Source: Octopus sinensis | Lineage: Eukaryota | Length of the DNA stretch: 64,000 nt | Direction of reading: 5' to 3' | Assembly (NCBI RefSeq): GCF_006345805.1 | Contig: NC_043004.1 | Location: 39,680,001-39,744,000, forward strand | Shown: positions 1 to 12,862 of the stretch, one piece after another | Numbering within the stretch: the first letter of the stretch is position 1 | How the letters are laid out: each line of letters opens with the position of its first letter | The notes under the pieces: model-generated | Told to the model about the DNA's origin: nothing | Databases searched by the model: none | Seen by the model: the letters and a program-made list of their open reading frames with translations, nothing else | Translations under genes and position numbers: made by a program

Positions 1-289
1 CTCCTCCTCCTTTCCTGTTCCTATCTTTCAACATCAAATGGACCTTTTAAACTAACTACATTTTATTTCCTACGCACCTTGTCTCAACCTCCTCCACTTA
101 GATGTTTTCCATCTTTGTTTTTTGTTCTTTTTTGGTTGTTGTTGTTGTTGCTGTGGTTGTTGATGTTGTTATTGTTGTTGACGCTATTGTTGCTGTTTTT
201 CAATATTTTCTTTAGCTTCCTTCCATCAACATTTCTTATCTCTCTTCTTCGAAAATATTTTTTCTTCTCCCCAGCTAAATTTCTCCGTG

Positions 290-352
290 TTTATGTGTGC
301 GTGCGTATATGTGTGTGTGTGTGTGTGTATGTGTGTGTGTGCGTATGTGTAT

Positions 353-390
<38 letters not shown>
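290..390. repeat. (TG)n microsatellite
   Basis: Direct reading. It explains the CVCV ORFs at 79-503. Confidence 0.95.
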
Positions 391-392
<2 letters not shown>

Positions 393-1369
393 CGCAAATC
401 AACGCCAGAACAAAGCTGTTACGTGATAGTATTTTATAGAACTAAGTTAATTAAACTCGAATGGAATGGTAAAGTGAGGAAGTCGGAATTCTGCGATGTC
501 TAATATTCGAGGGAAGAAATGCTGCCTGAGACTGGAGCAGACTTAGGGTGAAGAAGCGTTGTGATGTGTAAAGGTCTGTGATTCGTTTGTTCCAAGTACT
601 TGATTCCGTCCTGTGTGATGCTGTGTGTGTATGTATGTGTGTGTTTTCTGGCCGTTGCTATTTAGCCTCCGGTCTGGTCTGATCAAGCAAACCGCTTATC
701 AAAAGGGATCCGGCCTTGACAATATCACTTTTAAGGGACTGTTGAAACTTTGTTCGTCTCTTTCTTTTTAATATAGAATACTATATTAGGGAAATTAGAC
801 TACTGCTTTTCCTATTTCGAGTGATTATTATTAAGAAAAGCTGTCTCTATGCAAGAACAGGGCATATCTCAAAAGGGGCTCTGTACTCCCAGTTGTTTAT
901 AGGTGCCATCTGTTCTTAATCTCACCGATTTAAGAGGTGGGGATCCTGTATAATTTACGTACCTTTCGCGGGTTTACGATCGCTTTCTTTTGTCCAGTGT
1001 GCCCTGAGAGCAGTAGTGATCGCGGATAAGAAATGCATCTTTACAAAGATAAAACACTGTAAATTTTCACATAAAACTGGTTGCTTATTCTTTTGGATAT
1101 TATTTATTTTTGCTATGTGTTATATTGAAGGAGGGACAGAACCCGTGACATTTGCAGGCCGCCTGAAAATTATGGGTGATATGTGATAATGAAAATTGAA
1201 GCGTTCTGTTCAGGGCTGGACTGAAATACTTTTAGTACTTTTTAAATCACAATCTAAGTGCGCAGAAGCTTTAGGGTAATGACTTCAAATCCGTTGCCCC
1301 ACCCCACCTCCGCCATGAATTTTCAAATTGAGAATTCTGGAAGTAACTGAGCTAACAATGCTTCATTCT

Positions 1370-1567
1370 TTAGGCACAAAACCCAAAATTTTGGTGGCTC
1401 TCGATTGCAGCAACCCCAGTGCTCAAGTGATACTTATTTTATTCCCCGAAAGGACGAAAGGCAAAGTCGACCTCGGCAGTGCATCTGAATTGAGAAGGTA
1501 AAGTGCAGAAGGAAATACCACTAAGCATTCTGTCTGGCGCGGTAACAATTCTGCCAGCCCACCACTT
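1370..1567 (-). mobile_element. tRNA-derived SINE family A, degraded copy
   Basis: Contains the family core ccccgaaaggacgaaaggcaaagtcgacctcggc and the reverse complement of the ggcggcgagctggcagaa head. Confidence 0.75.
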
Positions 1568-1699
1568 AGACCAAGCTTACTATAGTAAATGCTTAATATA
1601 CACAAGGAATTTTCAGGCAGTGTCTCTTCCTCCAACTCAAAGAACAGATTAAAGATTTTGTTCCTAATCCTCTTCCATTAACAAGGCTTTTCTCATCGG

Positions 1700-1834
1700 A
1701 AACTTGCTTACCAACCTCATAGTTCTGCTTTCAGTACCATTGCGTGATGCTTTGGACAAGCGTCTTCTACTATAGTCTCGGGCCAGCCAAAGCCTTGTGA
1801 GTGGATCTAGTAGATGAAACCAGAAAGAAGCCAG

Positions 1835-1871
<37 letters not shown>

Positions 1872-2070
1872 ACCTACCATAATTTGGTAACCGGTGCTGG
1901 TGTGTTTATATCCCCGAAACTTAGCAATTCGTCAAAAGGTAACGATAGAATAAATACCAGATACAAAAAAAAAAAAACTCCTGGGTCGATTCATTCGACT
2001 AAAAATTCTTCAAGGTGGTACCACAGAATGGCCGCAGTCAAATGACTGAAACACGTTAAAAAGATAAAAT
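1700..2070 (+). mobile_element. SINE family B (internal microsatellite type)
   Basis: aaagccttgtgagtggat, then (TG)n, then ggccgcagtcaaatgactgaaac. Homologous to 2724-3148 in the opposite orientation. Confidence 0.8.
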
Positions 2071-2522
2071 ATAATAATTTGTTGAGCGGGAATAAGAGTA
2101 CTTCTTTTTTTTATCTTGAAAACAGGGTTCTATCATATTCGTTACGATCTTTAAACAGTCTAATATAATCTGCAAGTTTTTACGATCCAATTATGTGAGA
2201 ATATGTGATAATTAACGTGATAATTACGTGATAAACTACGTAAATGCCTTAAATATTTAACACAATCTTGTAATAATATTTCGACTTAATATCTGATTCC
2301 GCAATAAAATATCGGACTGTGAGCTGTGATCGCTTGTTACGTAATCTCAACAACCTATCCCAGATCATTATCTTAAATATTTAACAAGTAATGTTATCTT
2401 TCGACTAATGGCAGCAGATTTTTACCATATTAAATCATGTAACCTAATTTGGAACAGGCAGCCTTGATCTCTAATAAGTTCAAGGGCGAATCTCTTGTAA
2501 ATTACAACTTATATGTACATAT

Positions 2523-2700
2523 ATGGCTGTGTGGTTGTGTGGTAGGAAATTTGCTTTCCAACAACATAGTTCCGGGATAAGCCCCATTGTGTGACACCTT
2601 TTTCTACTGGAACCTCAGGACTTTTCTACTTTAGCCTCAGGCCGACCAAAGCCTTGTGAGTGAGTTTTGTAGACGAAAACTGAAAGAAGCATGTCGTATA
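2523..2700 (+). mobile_element. SINE family B, 5' half
   Basis: tggctgtgtgg head and ggccgaccaaagccttgtgagtg core. Confidence 0.75.
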
Positions 2701-2723
2701 TGTATATATATATATATATATAT

Positions 2724-3148
2724 ACTCTTTTACTTGTTTCAGTCATTTGACTGCGGCCATGCTGGAGCACTGCCTTTAATCGAGCAACTCAACCCTGGGA
2801 CTTATTCTTTGTAAGCCCAGGACTTATTATATCGGTCTCTTTTGCCGAACCGCTAAGTGACGGGGACATAAACACACCAGCATCGGTTCTCAAGCGATGT
2901 TGGATGGGACAAACACATACACACAAACATATACACACACATACACACACATACACACACACACATATATATATACATATATACGACGGGCTTCTTTCAG
3001 TTTCCGTCTACCAAATCCACTCACAAGGCTTTGGCCGGCCCGAGGTTACAATAGAAGACAGTTGCCCAAGGTGCCATGTACTGGGACTGAACCCAGAACC
3101 ATGTGGTTGGTAAACAAGCTACTTACCACACAGCCACTCCTGCGCCTA
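2724..3148 (-). mobile_element. SINE family B, full-length
   Basis: The minus strand starts aggcgcaggagtggctgtgtggtaag...ggttcagtccc (Pol III A/B-box-like). It has an internal (CA)/(TA) tract and a tail ending gactgaaacaagtaaaagag. Confidence 0.9.
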
Positions 3149-3302
3149 GGGAAAAAGTAAGTAACTTTGAGGGGAAGGGTGGTAGTCGATGCCATTTGTA
3201 ACTTTATTTTACCGATCCTGGACGGATAAAAGATAAGTTGAGCTCGTTGGGATTGAGCAATAACAATTGCAACGATATTTCAGAATAGCAATATGTCATA
3301 GT

Positions 3303-3599
3303 GTGGAGGCGCAATGGCCCAGTGGTTAGGGCAGCGGACTCGCGGTCGTAGGATCGTGGTTTCGATTCCCAGACCGGGCGTTGTGAGTGTTTATTGAGCG
3401 AAAACACCTAAAAGCTCCACGAGGCTCCGGCAGGGGTTGGGGGGTGATCCCTGCTGTACTCTTTCACCACTCTTTCTTCTGTTGGCATGCTCGCTTAGCC
3501 AGCGGGGTGGCGTCATTCGAATGCTAAAACAATGCGAACGCATTGTGACCAGCGATGTGTAACTACATCTGATGGACTGGTCGGTCAGGTGATCACGTG
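3303..3599 (+). mobile_element. SINE family C (tRNA-like head), full-length with 13-bp TSD
   Basis: Head gtggaggcgcaatggcccagtggttagggc...ggtttcgattccc. Flanked by aatatgtcatagt at 3290-3302 and 3600-3612. Confidence 0.92.
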
Positions 3600-4459
3600 A
3601 ATATGTCATAGTATAACTACTGCTTACTGCTGCACATTTAAAAGAGTTTGTTGTTGGTGGTGCTAATGTTTAGCCCTTGGTAAATCATCGTTGGACAGAG
3701 GTCTTACCAATGCATTCTAAACGTTACTATTACGCCCTTTTACTTTTTCAAGTAAATTATCGAAAGCATCTTTCCGTTTTCTTTTTTAAATTGATAGGAA
3801 ATGATATGAGGGATTTGTTGCTGTTATTTCTAGTAATTCAAACCTACCCCCAATATTGAGTTCCTTTCGTTACTTCGAGACTTCTAACTGACACACAGTT
3901 TATAATGGATTTATGCTGTGGCTGGCGATAAAGTTGGGAAGTAGCAAGTAAAAATCCTATGAATAAAGTTATTTCAAAGTATTCTCCTCATATTTCCTGC
4001 TGGCTTCTTCAGTTACACGGATGTAAGTACGATATTTGATATGCATTCTTAAGAGCTTCGAGAAATAGAAGGGATGTAGGATCGAGTGTAATGTTCGGAA
4101 ATACAGCGAAGCACTTGGAAAGAAACGGAATAATAGGATTTTGTTTTAAAAGAGAAACTACTCAAAAAGTATAGAAGACAGGCAGAGAGAATAAACGAGT
4201 AAATGAATAAAATGAAGGAAGGAATGAGGGAAAAAAGGGAAGAATGGAAAATAAAAAAATGCATATATTCCTTCTTAATACGTTCGGTCACATTCAAACG
4301 TCGATAAGCTGATCGCTGTTGTATTTCGCCCTCAGAAAACATCTATCTTTAGATGATGTGTGTTCAGAAGTTCATAACACACGAGATTCAATAACGAAAG
4401 GGGAGTTGGGACTGTGAGACACCACAGCCGTGGCTTAGATAGAAGCATGCATATATATA

Positions 4460-4721
4460 TATAATAATAAATATTAGGGAATAAATCCAAATTTACAGGG
4501 AAAAATCAGATTTAGGATTGAATCCAATTTTATAGTAAAATATTATATAATATTAATTAGAGACAAAACCACTATTATGCAAATCAAACAAAGAAAGACT
4601 TAATCCAATACATAAAAAATTTTATATAAGTTAAATAAAATTAAATTCGCCACTACAATTGTTTCGTGTCTCTTCTAAGGACATTCATCAGGTGGTTTTC
4701 AGATCTTCTATTCAATTTTAA

Positions 4722-4725
<4 letters not shown>
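4460..4725 (-). mobile_element. Penelope-like/retrozyme-like insert in a (TA)n tract, carrying a hammerhead
   Basis: AT-rich island between two (TA)n runs containing a type I hammerhead fold on the minus strand. Confidence 0.6.
4650..4695 (-). ncRNA. Type I hammerhead ribozyme
   Basis: Minus strand: CCAC-CUGAUGA-AUGUC cuuagaaga GACAC-GAAA-CAAUUG-UA-GUGG. Stem I CCAC/GUGG, stem II UGUC/GACA, palindromic stem III, GUA cleavage triplet. Confidence 0.8.
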
Positions 4726-4789
<64 letters not shown>

Positions 4790-4811
4790 TGTATGTATGT
4801 ATGTATGTATA

Positions 4812-4970
4812 GGGAGAATTCACGAAAAAAAAGACGAAGACAGGTGGTGTACAAAACAAACAGATGTATTAGTATAACGCTCAGGAATAGAAAAAAGTCT
4901 TTTACGTTTCGAACCTACGCTCTTCTATAGAAAGGGACACAGAAAAAAAAAACAAGGAGAGAAACATATG
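4812..4970 (-). mobile_element. Penelope-like terminal fragment with a degenerate hammerhead (same family as 10220-10385 and 53320-53388)
   Basis: Minus strand: cuuu-CUAUAGA-a-gagc guag guuc-GAAA-cgu-a-aaag. Abuts a (TATG)n/(TA)n tract. Confidence 0.55.
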
Positions 4971-5714
4971 TGTGGTAGTGGGTACCGATCTATCATGGCG
5001 ACTGCCATATACATTGTGGTATTTCGGGATGGTCATTTTCTTTCTTTATTTTTTTTTGCAAATAAACACACGCGCTATATATTTTTTTCTTCACTTGTTT
5101 ATTACTGTTCTTATTTTATCATTTTAACTCATGTCCATTGTCTGTAAATCTTTTATCACACATCTGTGACCTCTCCAGAACTCCTATCACTCAAAAAAAA
5201 AAAGAAAAAGAAAAGGAAAAAAACAGCAGTAGTATGTAAGCATTGCAAATTCGACGTAAATTTCGCTAGCGTAATCACGTGATTCCAATGCAAACGATTG
5301 CATTCCCAAAGCAGCTATTTAAGGCTAGCTCTGAGCACCATTGAAGCGATATCAAACACTCACAGAAATGAAACCTAAAGATGTGTTTCATGATCAAAGC
5401 TGTGACTTTCTTCAGATATTTAGCAGCTGGTGGTAGGTGAAAAGCTTCCTGCATTGTGGGTATTGCATTCGAGTAGACTTCTGAAGCACTCGTAGAGAAA
5501 AGACATAAGCGGACGTATGCACGATTAGACACAAAATTGTTACGTTACAACAATTCGTTTCATGTTGTTTGTAATCCTATTTAATTTGATTTTTTTATTG
5601 TCTATTCTCTGTTTTAATTCATTATTTTTGTCTATTTTTTTTTTGTTTATTGATTTACTTGTTAGTTTTATTTTGTCTGCATCTGTACTGCAGCTTTTAT
5701 AGGCTTAAATAAAA

Positions 5715-5898
5715 TGAGTGTGTGTGTGTGTATGTGTATGTGTTTCTGTGTGTGTGCATGCATATTATGTATGTATATGTATTTATATATGCGTATTTAT
5801 ATATATATATTATACAGATATGTGTGTATGTGTGTGCGCATGTATGTATTATGTATGTATATATATATGTATACATATATATATATATATACATACAT

Positions 5899-5962
<64 letters not shown>
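5715..5962. repeat. Compound (TG)/(TA)/(CA) microsatellite
   Basis: Direct reading. Confidence 0.95.
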
Positions 5963-6776
5963 TAATAAAGATATACGTGCATTTATGTATTATATTATGT
6001 ATTTACAAGCACAATACGCAGAGAGAGAGAGAGAGAAAGATGAGAAACAGAGAGAGTGAGAAACGGGGCAAGATCGTCATATATGTCGACCAGTAATCAA
6101 CAAAGATTATATAAGTAAATAAATCGATAAAAATAATGAAATAAAACAAACAAAATCAGATACGTGATGGAAAACACGTTATGTATTTTTGTCTTTATCC
6201 GGGTTTCGTATTTCCTTACGCACTTAAACTATCTCTACATAGCATCACAAGGAATATATGTTTTTGTTTGTATGTGCGTGTGTGTTTGTGTGTGTGTGTG
6301 TGTGCGTGTGTACATATACATTCATAAGCCTAAATGCACACACATAGACATATACATACAAAAATTAGAAGGAATAATAATGAAATATATAATACGATGC
6401 TACAACACACCCAAGATATCTCGAGTTTTGCTATGGATTCTTTTATTCTTATATTTTTTCCTATGGAAATTCTTCGCTTATGAGTAAAGTAACTTCAGTA
6501 AAATTGACGTAACTGTTCCAACTAACATTTCGTCTATTCCTAATATAGTATTTTTTGCTTTATATCATCTCCATTATCATTAGCAACTTTAGTATCAACC
6601 ACATTGACGTTGCTGTCAGTGCAGCCATCAATACCATCAGTACTATCATATATAGCAAGAGATGGATTCAGCATATCTCTTGCTATACATACGGAAAAGG
6701 ATCGATTCAACGGCAATAAGCCAGCTAACCAATCAACTAGGTCACATGTACTTTATATATATATATATATATATAT

Positions 6777-7960
6777 AGGGTGCGTAAGGTATTTGAGGAT
6801 ATACCTTTTTTGGGAGTCATTGCTTCATTTTTTACTAACTCTGTATAATCTTTGTTTCAGAAAATAATAATGGCAGACCCTCAGCTTACTCAAGAAATGA
6901 AAAGGCATGCTGTTAATGTAGTTATAAAGAGATTTAGAAATATTTCGATTTTTAAAATTTGCCAGACCTTTCGTCTATGAGTTAGAGACTGAAGATGGAA
7001 ACGTATTACCAGTATCAAAGCGTAAAAAGCATTCTAAACACCCTGGAACTATCAGAACAGCTGAATTTATCCAGGAAGTTCAACAGACCATTGATTACAA
7101 TCCCAGAAGTTCTATGAAGTCAGTTGCAAAAGATCTCCATGTGTCAGATGGAACAATCAGAAATGTTGTCCACGAAGACATCAGATATAATGAGTATTAT
7201 ATGATGCGGAAAGGTCAATTTCTCAGAAAAAGCAAAAGAAAATCATTACATCAGATCTAAAAGGCTTTTAAACAAACAGAAAAATCCAAAAGAAGAAGAT
7301 TTGATTTGGTTTTTCTCAAACGAGAAAAAGTTCGACCAAAATCAAACACTTCTGAAGTTCCAAGTGTTATGCATGCAACATTTCCTGCAACTATCATGAT
7401 TTTAGGGGTTGTCAGCAAAGAAGTACAAGTGATGCCTCCTTACATCTTTTCACAAGGCCTAGAGTTAACTCCGCCGCTTATGTTGAGATCCTGGAAATAA
7501 TTGTTAAGCCCTGGATAGTGTATGCAATGGAAGGCACTATCACACATGGCTCTAGTAACACAGGAATGGATTACTGAAAATGTTCATGATCACATAACCC
7601 CTAACATTAGTTCTCTTAATTCCCCAGATCTCAATCCATTGGACTATTACATGTGGAGTGCTGTTGAGAGAGATGTCAGTGAACATGCCCATAACACCAT
7701 AGATTCTTTGAAAGGTTCCATAGTCAGAGTAATGTCCAAAATTAACCAGGATCAGTTGATTCGAGGATGCAGATGATTTAGATCTCATACAGAAGCAGTT
7801 GTTGAGGCTGAAGGTGGTTTTATTGATTAACATTGTAGAAGATAATGTTTATTTTTATCCTCATAGAATTTATTTTTATGAATATTGTTATCATTTGTTA
7901 TTACATATCTCTTTTATTTTATAAACATAAATCTATCCTCAAATATCTTATGCACCTTCT
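6777..7960 (+). mobile_element. Tc1/mariner DNA transposon (probably maT/DD37D-like), decayed
   Basis: TIRs agggtgcgtaaggtatttgaggatata (6777-) and atctatcctcaaatatcttatgcacc (7931-). Inserted in a TA run. Confidence 0.88.
6870..7830 (+). pseudogene. Frameshifted Tc1/mariner transposase
   Basis: Fragments IMILGVVSKEVQVMPPYIF, NSPDLNPLDYYMWSAVE and the C-terminal EAVVEAEGGFID*, with multiple frameshifts. Confidence 0.88.
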
Positions 7961-8147
7961 ATGCATATATATATATCTTAGATATAAGTATATGACCATT
8001 AGTGGCAGGAACTTCAATATACTGAACTTCACAGAAGTTCCTGCCGCTAATGGTTATATATACATACCGAAATCTACCAGTAAATAATTGTTGGTTTTTT
8101 TGAAAAACCATCGAAGAAATTATTTACTCTTATTATTATATATATAT

Positions 8148-8191
<44 letters not shown>

Positions 8192-8248
8192 AACGCACAC
8201 ATACATACATACATACATACATACATACATACATACATACATACATAC

Positions 8249-8282
<34 letters not shown>

Positions 8283-8294
8283 CGTAACTGACAC

Positions 8295-8512
8295 TCGGTC
8301 GGTTATGACGATGTGGGATGCAGTTGATCCGATCAACGGGACAGCGTGCTCGTGAAATTACCATTAACGTTGTTCGTAGGAAGATTCAGTGTGACTTGTC
8401 CCTTAAAATACAGTTTCTACTCATTTTTGCCAGCTGGGTGGACTGGAGTGACATGAAATAAAGTGTCTTGCTGAAGAACACAACATGCAGCCCGGTCTGG
8501 GAATTGAACTCA
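8295..8512 (-). mobile_element. SINE family D, degraded
   Basis: gatccgatcaacgggacagc tail and gctgggtggactggag...aagtgtcttgc core. Confidence 0.7.
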
Positions 8513-9228
8513 CGCAAATCCTTAATTCATGCTCTACAAATGATTACGATATCAAGGACAACAGAAATTTGCAAGACCTTAAGATTTAATGGCTGACAGA
8601 AAAGATAATGAACAAAATAAGATGTTTTTCTTTCACACTCTTGCTACCAAGTAGGTGGCCGGTCCAAATTTACTCTAGATTAAAAAGAGAAAGAGGAGAA
8701 CATACATACATACATACATACATAAGTCGTACATATAGAAGTCGTACATACATGCAAAGAACGTAAGATGATATAGATGATAAGCACCAATCTGAGATAG
8801 AAGATGGGAAACAAATCTACCAGTAGGATCCGAACCACGTGTGTTTGGCTAACCGAGCGATCATGTTACCAATTAACTAGAGAGCCCCTGCTAACCCGTC
8901 CTACATCAAACACTGTGCTTCAATTCATTCTGCATGCTATTTCGGTTAAGTGTGCAATGATTATTTCTAGTAAGCAATTAGTCCCTTAGAGTAGAAGGAC
9001 AGGTTAAACTCCGCATATGAATTTTATGTATTATATAGACGAATGTCCAACGTTGTAAGGTGTCTCATGCAGATATGCCTTCATGGATTTAGTTTTCCAA
9101 CGCAAAGTTTGAAAGGACTTGAGTCAGTATGTAGTACTAATGTTGACATAATAGTTCGTATAATGAGTAGGAAAATCCCACAGATTATAGAAAAATTCTT
9201 ATGCATGATGTTCGTGTATCTAAGCCCT

Positions 9229-9328
9229 NNNNNNNNNNNNNNNNNNNNNNNNNNNNNNNNNNNNNNNNNNNNNNNNNNNNNNNNNNNNNNNNNNNNNNNN
9301 NNNNNNNNNNNNNNNNNNNNNNNNNNNN
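9229..9328. other. Assembly gap (100 N)
   Basis: Run of n. Confidence 1.
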
Positions 9329-10084
9329 TTTCTCCCCCTCATGATTTCTCTCTCTCTCCCCCTTCCTTCTCTTTTCTTTCTCTAGTTGCTCATACTGACT
9401 ACCGTTCATCTTTCTTTTCCTGCATCTCTCTCTTCTATCTTTACTCTTTTCAAAAAAAATATTCTCCAGCGTTCGATATTTTACTCTCGTGCTGGTTTAA
9501 TGATCCGCCGTGATTTTTTTTCTCGTTCAGTTTCCTTGTATGTCTCCACTTTCCTGTTTTTGTTCCCAATTTGTCGTTCAGTGCTTGAAATGCGTTGTGT
9601 AGAATACAAGCATTTCATTTACTTTAGTCTCGCCTACCACATTCGTCAAATAGTTTGACATGTGACATACAGGAAACTCGAGCCATCTACGTTAACTTTT
9701 GAAGTGTTTCCAGCTTTGAAAACAAAATGCATCAGCCTGTATATACGGACACGTATTTACAAATGCGTGGACCTGTGTATTAATACGTTTCACATAGAAT
9801 TTTCTTTGTTTCCGTGTTCGTCTCCGTGTAAAGTGAATAAAGTATATACGGGATTATGCAAGCATGATCGCAAACATATTACGTTCGAGTCTGTATGCGG
9901 ATATATGTGCTGTGAATACTTATTGAAAATATATAAATTGATGAAAGAATGCTCTCTATATCTCTCTTTCCGCCTTCCTCGGACATTTTTTTCTCCTTGT
10001 AAAAAGCATTAGTGCATACGTAAATAAATGAATGTATGCTCACTCACACACACACACACACACACACACCACACACACACCACA

Positions 10085-10120
<36 letters not shown>

Positions 10121-10219
10121 ACACACTCACACACGTGTGCGTATAAATATGCACACGTCAACCTCCTCTTTCAAACTTTGTTTCTAATCAGTCGCCATAC
10201 TTGACCGCAGAATCCACAA

Positions 10220-10385
10220 TTTTTTTTTTTATTCTCTCTCTTTATTTTCTCTTCTTCCTTTCTGTTGAAGAGCGTGGTCCCGAAACGTAAAAGACTTTTT
10301 CACATTCCCAAGCGTCAAACTAATACACCTGCTTGTTGTTTATACACTGTCTTCGACTTTTGTTTTTCTATAAATTTCAACTATA
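10220..10385 (+). mobile_element. Penelope-like terminal fragment with a degenerate minimal hammerhead
   Basis: cuuu-CUGUUGA-a-gagcguggucc-c-GAAA-cgu-a-aaag at 10258-10293. Ends in a TA tract. Homologous to 4812-4970. Confidence 0.55.
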
Positions 10386-10546
10386 TATGAGTGTGTGTGA
10401 GTTTGTGCATGCGTGTGCGTTATATATATGTATGTATGTATATATATATATATATATATATATACATGCACTCATACATGTACATGTATGCATGTATGTG
10501 TTTATGTATGTATATGTGTATGCATGCAAGTATGTATGTATATATG

Positions 10547-10578
<32 letters not shown>

Positions 10579-10749
10579 TGTATGTTTGTATGTATGTATG
10601 TATGTATGTATTGAGATAGCCTGCGCCCATCTATAAAATTAATCGTACCACTATACAAACGCACAAACATGCATGTGTAGGTGTGTAGGTAGGCCTGATG
10701 GTTGTAGATGACCGTAGGTATGTATACATATATACATACATATATTTTT

Positions 10750-11190
10750 CAAGGCCGTGATCCAGCATGGCTGCAGTCAAATGACTGAAGTATGTAAAAC
10801 AATAAAAGAATATACACATGTATCTGTGCGTCTGTATATATGTACATGTGTGTATTTGAGTGTCTGTGTTTGTCAACACCTCCACCACCACCACCACCAT
10901 TACCATTATCGGTTGAAAACCGATGTTATTAATTGAAATTAAGTTTTTTTTATAATTTTTCAATTAGGTTTTCGAATATTCGATGATCGAATTCCGTTTT
11001 CACGAATATCGTTAAAACTACTTGCATTCGATGTTTAAGCTCCATAACTTAGCAGCGGTTCGACAAAAGTGACCGATAGAATAAGTAGTAGGCTTACAAC
11101 GAATAAGTCCTGGGGTCGATTTGTACGACTAAAGGCAGTGGTCCAGCATGGCCACAGTCAAATGACTGAAATAAGTAAGGAAAATAAAAG
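10750..11190 (+). mobile_element. SINE family B 3' parts (two tail fragments, one with a ~100-bp insert)
   Basis: ccagcatggc(t/c)gcagtcaaatgactgaa occurs twice, plus gaccgatagaataagta. Confidence 0.7.
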
Positions 11191-11519
11191 AAATGTATAC
11201 ATATATATTTATATATAGAGAGAGAAGAGAGCGGAGCAGAGGAGAGAGGAGGGAGAGAGAAACATAGATGCTTACGTTAGGCGCGCGCAACACACACAGA
11301 GGCCCGCGCTCACGCACCGTTTCCTATATACCATACGCATACAACAAAAAGTGGCACATGCGCTTAATTCACACGTGTTGTCTTTGATGGTTTCTCTGAT
11401 AATGGTTGGATGATCATCCCGGAAACAGCGAGGACAAAAAATTTGCGGCAAACAGTTTGACTTCCGCACCTTTCAAGTTAATTTATTAGAGGGACTTATA
11501 ACTGTGCCTACCCCTATGG

Positions 11520-11521
11520 CA

Positions 11522-11586
<65 letters not shown>

Positions 11587-11786
11587 CAATACTATTAATA
11601 TCATCTGTTCATCGTCAGTATTAATAGAATTCTTTTTTATAAAGGCGGGCCTCCAAAAGCTATTAGATGCACTTTACATACATACATACATTCATATATA
11701 TATATATATATATATAGTATAATATATATATATATATATATATATATTATGTATGTATATAGTTATATATAATATAATATATATAT

Positions 11787-11817
<31 letters not shown>

Positions 11818-11973
11818 ATATGTATATATATATACTAAGCAATAAGGGTTTAGCAACGAATTGCCTTACCACATACCGAATTTAGAAATAGCAGTCAAAG
11901 GGTTATAGTATTTCTTCTACTAAAAAGGGAGATCTCAGTAAAAGCAGCAATTGTATATATATAATATATATAT

Positions 11974-12028
<55 letters not shown>

Positions 12029-12030
12029 TA

Positions 12031-12086
<56 letters not shown>

Positions 12087-12150
12087 TGTATGTATGTATT
12101 ATATATTTATGTATGTATGTATGTATGCATGTATGTATATATGATGTATA
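11520..12150. repeat. (ATT)n and (TA)n/(TATG)n tracts with a short unique island at 11835-11952
   Basis: Direct reading. Confidence 0.9.
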
Positions 12151-12154
12151 TAGG

Positions 12155-12330
12155 TGCAGGCGTTGCCGTGTAGTAAGCAGTTCATTTTCCAAACACATGG
12201 TACTGGGTTCGGCCATACTGCGTAATATCTTGGGCAAGTATGTTTTACTTTGGCCCCGGGCCGATGAAAGCTTTGTGAATGGGTTTGGTAGGCGGAAACT
12301 GAGAGAAGGACGCGCTGTGTATGGTGTGTG
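12155..12330 (+). mobile_element. SINE family B, 5' half, degraded
   Basis: tcttgggcaagt...gccgatgaaagctttgtgaatggg...cggaaactga. Confidence 0.7.
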
Positions 12331-12518
12331 GGTGTGGGGGGGCGTGTGTGCATGTTTAACCTTCCATATATCATACTAAATGTATGTACATAGTTGACAG
12401 GAAGTTACTGTGGTATGCGTTCCGAGATAACATCTGTTATGACAAGGTTTGTTTAGAAATGTAATATATGTATATATCGGGGTGAAGGCTAAAAATCGTG
12501 CTGGCTATACTTGTATGC

Positions 12519-12568
<50 letters not shown>

Positions 12569-12826
12569 CATGTATGTAAGCATGCATGATTGTATGTATA
12601 TATATTCATGTATGTATATATGACTGAATATACACTTTTATGAACGTGTGAGTGTGTTCGGGCTGAATGCGAAATGCAACATTCGTTTATGTACAGTTTT
12701 AGCACCATATAAGGCTGCATTCTCTCATTTATTACAATACCCATGCCTCTTCTGTTTACAGTCATTTCATCAGACGGCATATGGGATCCTTTTGCTTTTC
12801 AAGTATTATGGCAGGCCAGTAATACA

Positions 12827-12862
<36 letters not shown>

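Noticed and set aside
3303-3375. tRNA-like sequences at SINE heads
   Set aside because: A/B boxes are present but there is no complete cloverleaf. They are embedded in multi-copy elements with TSDs, so they are SINE heads, not tRNA genes.
9043-9513. ORFs spanning the N run
   Set aside because: Artefact of the assembly gap. Contiguity across it is unverified.
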